Source of the DNA: a virus
Reading direction: 5' to 3' (one strand)
Virus record (IMG/VR): IMGVR_UViG_3300045051_001056
Span: 1-64,000 of that record
DNA length: 64,000 bases
The notes under the pieces were generated by a model. It searched no databases, was not told the DNA's origin, and saw only the letters and a program-made list of their open reading frames with translations. The stretch's first letter is position 1. Each line of letters starts with the position of its first letter. Of the stretch, positions 60,262-64,000 are shown in pieces. The position numbers and the translations under genes are program-made.

Positions 60262-60982
60262 AGTCAGAAGTTCTTATATCGATCAGACGACATTCTACAA
60301 TTTTTCCCAAGCAAACAATGTCTCCGGAGAAATACTCAGTCAGATGATATCGTCTGTCGAATGTAAGGATTCTTTTAGATACATAAACACAATTGCCCTA
60401 AAGGAGCAGATGTATCCCAAAAAGGCTTTTAATGCCCTATCATATTGTGATTTGGCTAATATTAGGTGTATAATTTTAGGGGGGATGCCGCAGCAATCTA
60501 GAATAGAATCGTGGACCGGAAGTGCATTTTCCTACAATAGTGGTGACAATATTTCTCAAGGAACAATATTCACAGATAAATTACAGGAAGATTTGGGCAA
60601 AGTTTCCACATATTCCAATATAATATCAGATAATTGTCAATTACAAGAATCTGGAATATTGTTAATGCATGATGTGCTGTCTGTAACAAGATCACAAGAG
60701 AATATATTAAAAGTGTTATGGAGGCCCATTATAGGATATCTATTAAGCTATCTATTATACAACGATCCAGAAATTCCTGTTGTCTTCACGAACATGTCCT
60801 CCATGGTCAATCATGAATTCTCTTCCATAAGTGCAAAAAATAAATTTTGCCTAAACGGAGGAGGATCTAATCATGCTTTTCCAGCCTCACCAAGCATATT
60901 TGACGTAGTTGAGGCTATATGCAATAGAGGTGTTCTTCATATGGCAGACAGGATTAGTTTTATTGATTTAATTTCGAAATAA
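60224..60982 (+). CDS. uracil-DNA glycosylase-like protein, catalytic motifs degenerate
   Basis: YPKKAFNALSYCDLANIRCIILGGMP aligns with the UNG YP..vFnA....l.dvkVvIlGQDP segment; QESGILLM also matches. Confidence 0.6.
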   Translation: MTKKLDVKEPSIKVRSSYIDQTTFYNFSQANNVSGEILSQMISSVECKDSFRYINTIALKEQMYPKKAFNALSYCDLANIRCIILGGMPQQSRIESWTGSAFSYNSGDNISQGTIFTDKLQEDLGKVSTYSNIISDNCQLQESGILLMHDVLSVTRSQENILKVLWRPIIGYLLSYLLYNDPEIPVVFTNMSSMVNHEFSSISAKNKFCLNGGGSNHAFPASPSIFDVVEAICNRGVLHMADRISFIDLISK

Positions 60983-62023
60983 ATGACAAAAGATGAAATT
61001 TTAAGATTACAATCTTTTAACACAGAGGGGGAGTATCGGGCTTCCCCCTCTTTAAACTATTCTTTATTAAAGGAGATTCCTAATGGTCCGAAATGCCTCG
61101 CAGAGGATTCTGCTAAAGATTTATCTGGTTCCGCAATAACTGTTGGTGGATATGTGGACTCATTTTTTACTAATAGGGAACATTTGGGAGAATTATACTA
61201 CACGGAGACCTCTAAGCCAAAATTAACTGAATCAATAGATTTGTTATTCCAAGTTTTTGCGGCAGAGGGAAATTACGAGCCCACATTGGATGAATGCGTC
61301 AAGAAGTGTAGGGAATATAAAATATATAGTTCCATCACAAAAGACGATAAGCTAAAGAAAAGAATTCCAGAAGACTTGTTTAATAGGCTGTCAATGGAAA
61401 AAGCGGCCAGGGGAAAGACAATTTTAACTCAGGAACAATTATTTCAAAGTACTTGTGCCATTGAGAATATACTATCATTTCAGCCAGCAGTAAAATTGAT
61501 TAATGGGGAAGAGGATGAGATAGTGATTTATCAATTTAAATATGAGTTTGTCTTAAAAATGAACGATGGCAAATATCGAAGCTTTAAGGTTATGTATGAT
61601 ATCATAAGATTCAACCTAACCAAAAAAACCATATCTGCATCTGACATTAAGACGGGCACAATTCCAACACATGAGTTTGGAGGCCAAATTTTTAAGTATA
61701 GATATGACATTCAGGGGATTTTATATTTTTTCGGATTGTTATCTTTACATAAAAGATATTTCCCAGAATGGAATCAACCTATGCCAGGTGATTTTCAGTT
61801 TATTTATTCTAGAAAAATTCCTAACTGTCTTCCAATTATAGTACGACTCTCTGAAAGATTTATGAATAGCTGTGCAGAAAATTTTGAATATAAAGGAGAA
61901 AGATGCCAGGGATTGTGGAGGATAATGGAGGATGCGCACTGGTATCTAGAAAATAAAGAATTCTCTCAACACAGGATAATTGCAGAAAATTCTAATATTA
62001 TATCAATAAATCAATTATTATAA
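60983..62023 (+). CDS. PD-(D/E)XK exonuclease (RecE/ExoVIII-like)
   Basis: LNYSLLK; KVMYDII...DIKTG; YRYDIQGILY. Confidence 0.75.
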   Translation: MTKDEILRLQSFNTEGEYRASPSLNYSLLKEIPNGPKCLAEDSAKDLSGSAITVGGYVDSFFTNREHLGELYYTETSKPKLTESIDLLFQVFAAEGNYEPTLDECVKKCREYKIYSSITKDDKLKKRIPEDLFNRLSMEKAARGKTILTQEQLFQSTCAIENILSFQPAVKLINGEEDEIVIYQFKYEFVLKMNDGKYRSFKVMYDIIRFNLTKKTISASDIKTGTIPTHEFGGQIFKYRYDIQGILYFFGLLSLHKRYFPEWNQPMPGDFQFIYSRKIPNCLPIIVRLSERFMNSCAENFEYKGERCQGLWRIMEDAHWYLENKEFSQHRIIAENSNIISINQLL

Positions 62024-63234
62024 TGAATGTATCTCTAGCAATACAATTATTTTCTTTATTTAAAAATATAGTAGAATGTGAAGACAATTTAGCGCTTGGA
62101 GGATTCCCAGCATTAGTAGCTCAGGGCATATTGCCCGAAGGAGACAGGAAAACTAACGATTTAGATATTTCACTGTTTACAGACAATATAAATGATAGCG
62201 AACAATTTATACAAATTTGCAATAGGCTTCATCGATATAGGGATATAATTAACATGCATCTGGAGAGCCTACGAGTTAATAGAAGGATGTCCGTGATAAT
62301 AAAAACTTTTTCTAAATCTGGTGGAACCTTCAATCCAGATGGAGGCCTTGAAAACGTTATTGATATACAGGCTATAGCAGAACAGTCTAGAGCACTAAAG
62401 AGTAATGTTGGGGTAGATTCATCATATAGTATTATGATATCCTTTTCTCCGCATAGAGAATTTGAATATTTTCCGTTATCTACATTCTCTGATATGGTTG
62501 ACTCGTTTAATCATCGCCTTTCACGGACTTATGAACGAGAGATACTAAAATCTCTTACCATTTCTCCGGGTAAATGGTATGCAAATAGTCTAGAACATAT
62601 TAATATTGTGTGTAGTAATATATCTAACATTGCCAGTCCTTTATTTTTTAATATAGAAATGAAGAAATCGGTGGAAAATTTTATTGTAGAAAAAATGAAT
62701 TTTCTTTCTGAAAGATTTTCCTTGATTGACACACTCTTTCTAAATAATATTAATGAATTGAAAGTTGATTTGTTTGTTATAGGAAAAAGGAGCCGGGAAA
62801 AATTTACTAAAACTATAGATGGCACCACATTCGTTAGGCCATATCCAATTTTAAAAGCAAAATATGAATACTGTAGGAACATAAATTCATCAGATGATGC
62901 ATTCTTAAAGCATATAAATGATTTGAAGAGTTCGTATTCTATTATAAAAATGAAGGGAATAAATGATCCTCCTACGATAGATAAATTGTCTTTAGCAAGA
63001 GATGCTCAAAAGGAATCTTTAGAAATTAAAAAATTGACAAAACAAAATAACGAAGAAATTAAAATTCAGAACATCTCACCTTCGTATTCCATATCTTCAG
63101 ATTTATACGATAGGCTTAATGTGATATGGTCACACTCTTTCACCGAACACCCTTCAGCACATGGAATACTTTCACAAATTAGAAGTAATTCCCCAGCAAG
63201 TGCAGGGCGTGGTAATGTAAACATAAATGAATAA
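62023..63234 (+). CDS. putative nucleotidyltransferase (Pol-beta superfamily)
   Basis: LALGGFPAL...RKTNDLDI; KVDLF; ILKAK...KHINDL. Confidence 0.55.
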   Translation: MNVSLAIQLFSLFKNIVECEDNLALGGFPALVAQGILPEGDRKTNDLDISLFTDNINDSEQFIQICNRLHRYRDIINMHLESLRVNRRMSVIIKTFSKSGGTFNPDGGLENVIDIQAIAEQSRALKSNVGVDSSYSIMISFSPHREFEYFPLSTFSDMVDSFNHRLSRTYEREILKSLTISPGKWYANSLEHINIVCSNISNIASPLFFNIEMKKSVENFIVEKMNFLSERFSLIDTLFLNNINELKVDLFVIGKRSREKFTKTIDGTTFVRPYPILKAKYEYCRNINSSDDAFLKHINDLKSSYSIIKMKGINDPPTIDKLSLARDAQKESLEIKKLTKQNNEEIKIQNISPSYSISSDLYDRLNVIWSHSFTEHPSAHGILSQIRSNSPASAGRGNVNINE

Positions 63235-63694
63235 ATCTATGCTATACATACTTCCACTAATAAGTGGATGGTCTCCGGACGCAGATTTGCCAATTAATTG
63301 TTTTGCTTTTTCTAATGTATCGGACGGCCTGGTTCTCCTATATCCAAAGGCCAGCCACGAAGAAGTTAAAGTGCATCCAAATTACATAAATAAGAAGGAA
63401 TTAGAAAATTTCACATATTACGTATACAATATTGAAGAAAAATATTTGGATGATTATCGATTATTATTAAAGGGCAAATTTAGTAAAATAAAAGAATCTA
63501 CCAAAACGTTGATATTATCAAGAACGAGACGACAGGAGGATTATGATAAAATAGATGAGATATTATACAAATCATCTTCTGCAAGGAAGAGGTACGAAAG
63601 AATGTTGGAAATACCTGACATTGATAATTTAGTTGACGAATACGAGAGTAAATTTGGAGAAGAAGAAATATTAATATTAGGAGAAAATGAGTGA
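63227..63694 (+). CDS. conserved phage hypothetical protein
   Basis: 155 aa; DYRLLLKGKFSKI. Confidence 0.55.
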   Translation: MNKSMLYILPLISGWSPDADLPINCFAFSNVSDGLVLLYPKASHEEVKVHPNYINKKELENFTYYVYNIEEKYLDDYRLLLKGKFSKIKESTKTLILSRTRRQEDYDKIDEILYKSSSARKRYERMLEIPDIDNLVDEYESKFGEEEILILGENE

Positions 63695-64000
63695 AATAAG
63701 CACGCCGAAGGCCCTCAGATTTAATGAGGGAAAATTAGACTGGACATTGTTAGACTTTGATTCGGTAGAGCCCTTGGTTAAAGCAATGACCTATGGGATG
63801 AAAAGATACAGTAGAGAAAATTGGAAATTGCCCTGCGATAATCCAAGACAACACTTACAGAGCGCAATTAGACACCTTCTTGCCATTGTCAAGGGAGAAG
63901 AAATTGACCCTGAGAGTGGAGAACGCCATAGTGGACATGTTATGGCTAATATGATGATGTATAATTTTCATACAAAAGATGTAAAAAATGAACATGCTGA
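63687..64000 (+). CDS. dATP/dGTP diphosphohydrolase domain protein (DUF5664-like), runs off the window
   Basis: Hand translation RFNEGKLDWTLL...YGMKRYSRENW...RHL...DPESGERHSGHVMAN. Confidence 0.8.
   Translation, partial: MSEISTPKALRFNEGKLDWTLLDFDSVEPLVKAMTYGMKRYSRENWKLPCDNPRQHLQSAIRHLLAIVKGEEIDPESGERHSGHVMANMMMYNFHTKDVKNEHA

Noticed and set aside
1-64000. Stop-codon reassignment (TAG or TGA), known in some crAss-like phages
   Set aside because: MCP, portal, TerL, fibres and replication genes are full length in the standard code, and no suppressor tRNA was seen
1-64000. CRISPR array
   Set aside because: No regularly spaced direct repeats were found by eye

Overview
The window is about two-thirds of a crAss-like (Crassvirales) Bacteroidota phage genome, read in the standard genetic code. 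Positions 1-28.8 kb are on the minus strand. They carry the virion, lysis and packaging module: auxiliary capsid protein, two tail ring proteins, major capsid protein, scaffold-like protein, spanin/holin/GH19 endolysin, a two-domain glycosyltransferase, two tail-fibre-like proteins, portal, TerL and TerS. These are followed by small regulatory/chaperone genes and a DEDD exonuclease. The strand switches at ~28.8-29.9 kb, a region that contains a near-perfect 41-nt polypurine mirror repeat and G-tracts. Positions 29-64 kb are on the plus strand. They carry many small early/membrane genes, an ncRNA-rich island, a replication module (RNase HI, DnaB, AAA ATPase, SSB, primase) and a phiEco32-like peptide-ligase cluster (GGCT, ATP-grasp, two COOH-NH2 ligases, class II GATase). 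The last genes are a degenerate UDG, a PD-(D/E)XK nuclease, a nucleotidyltransferase and a dATP/dGTP diphosphohydrolase. The most striking find is a circularly permuted, apparently pseudoknot-free two-piece tmRNA (35892-36260; tag ANGNQFEIGFQSSRMAA). Other highlights are the H-DNA-type mirror repeat, a fixed-spacing upstream motif at structural-module promoters, and an antisense G-tract transcript. All protein calls come from motif recognition and gene order by eye; no searches were run.
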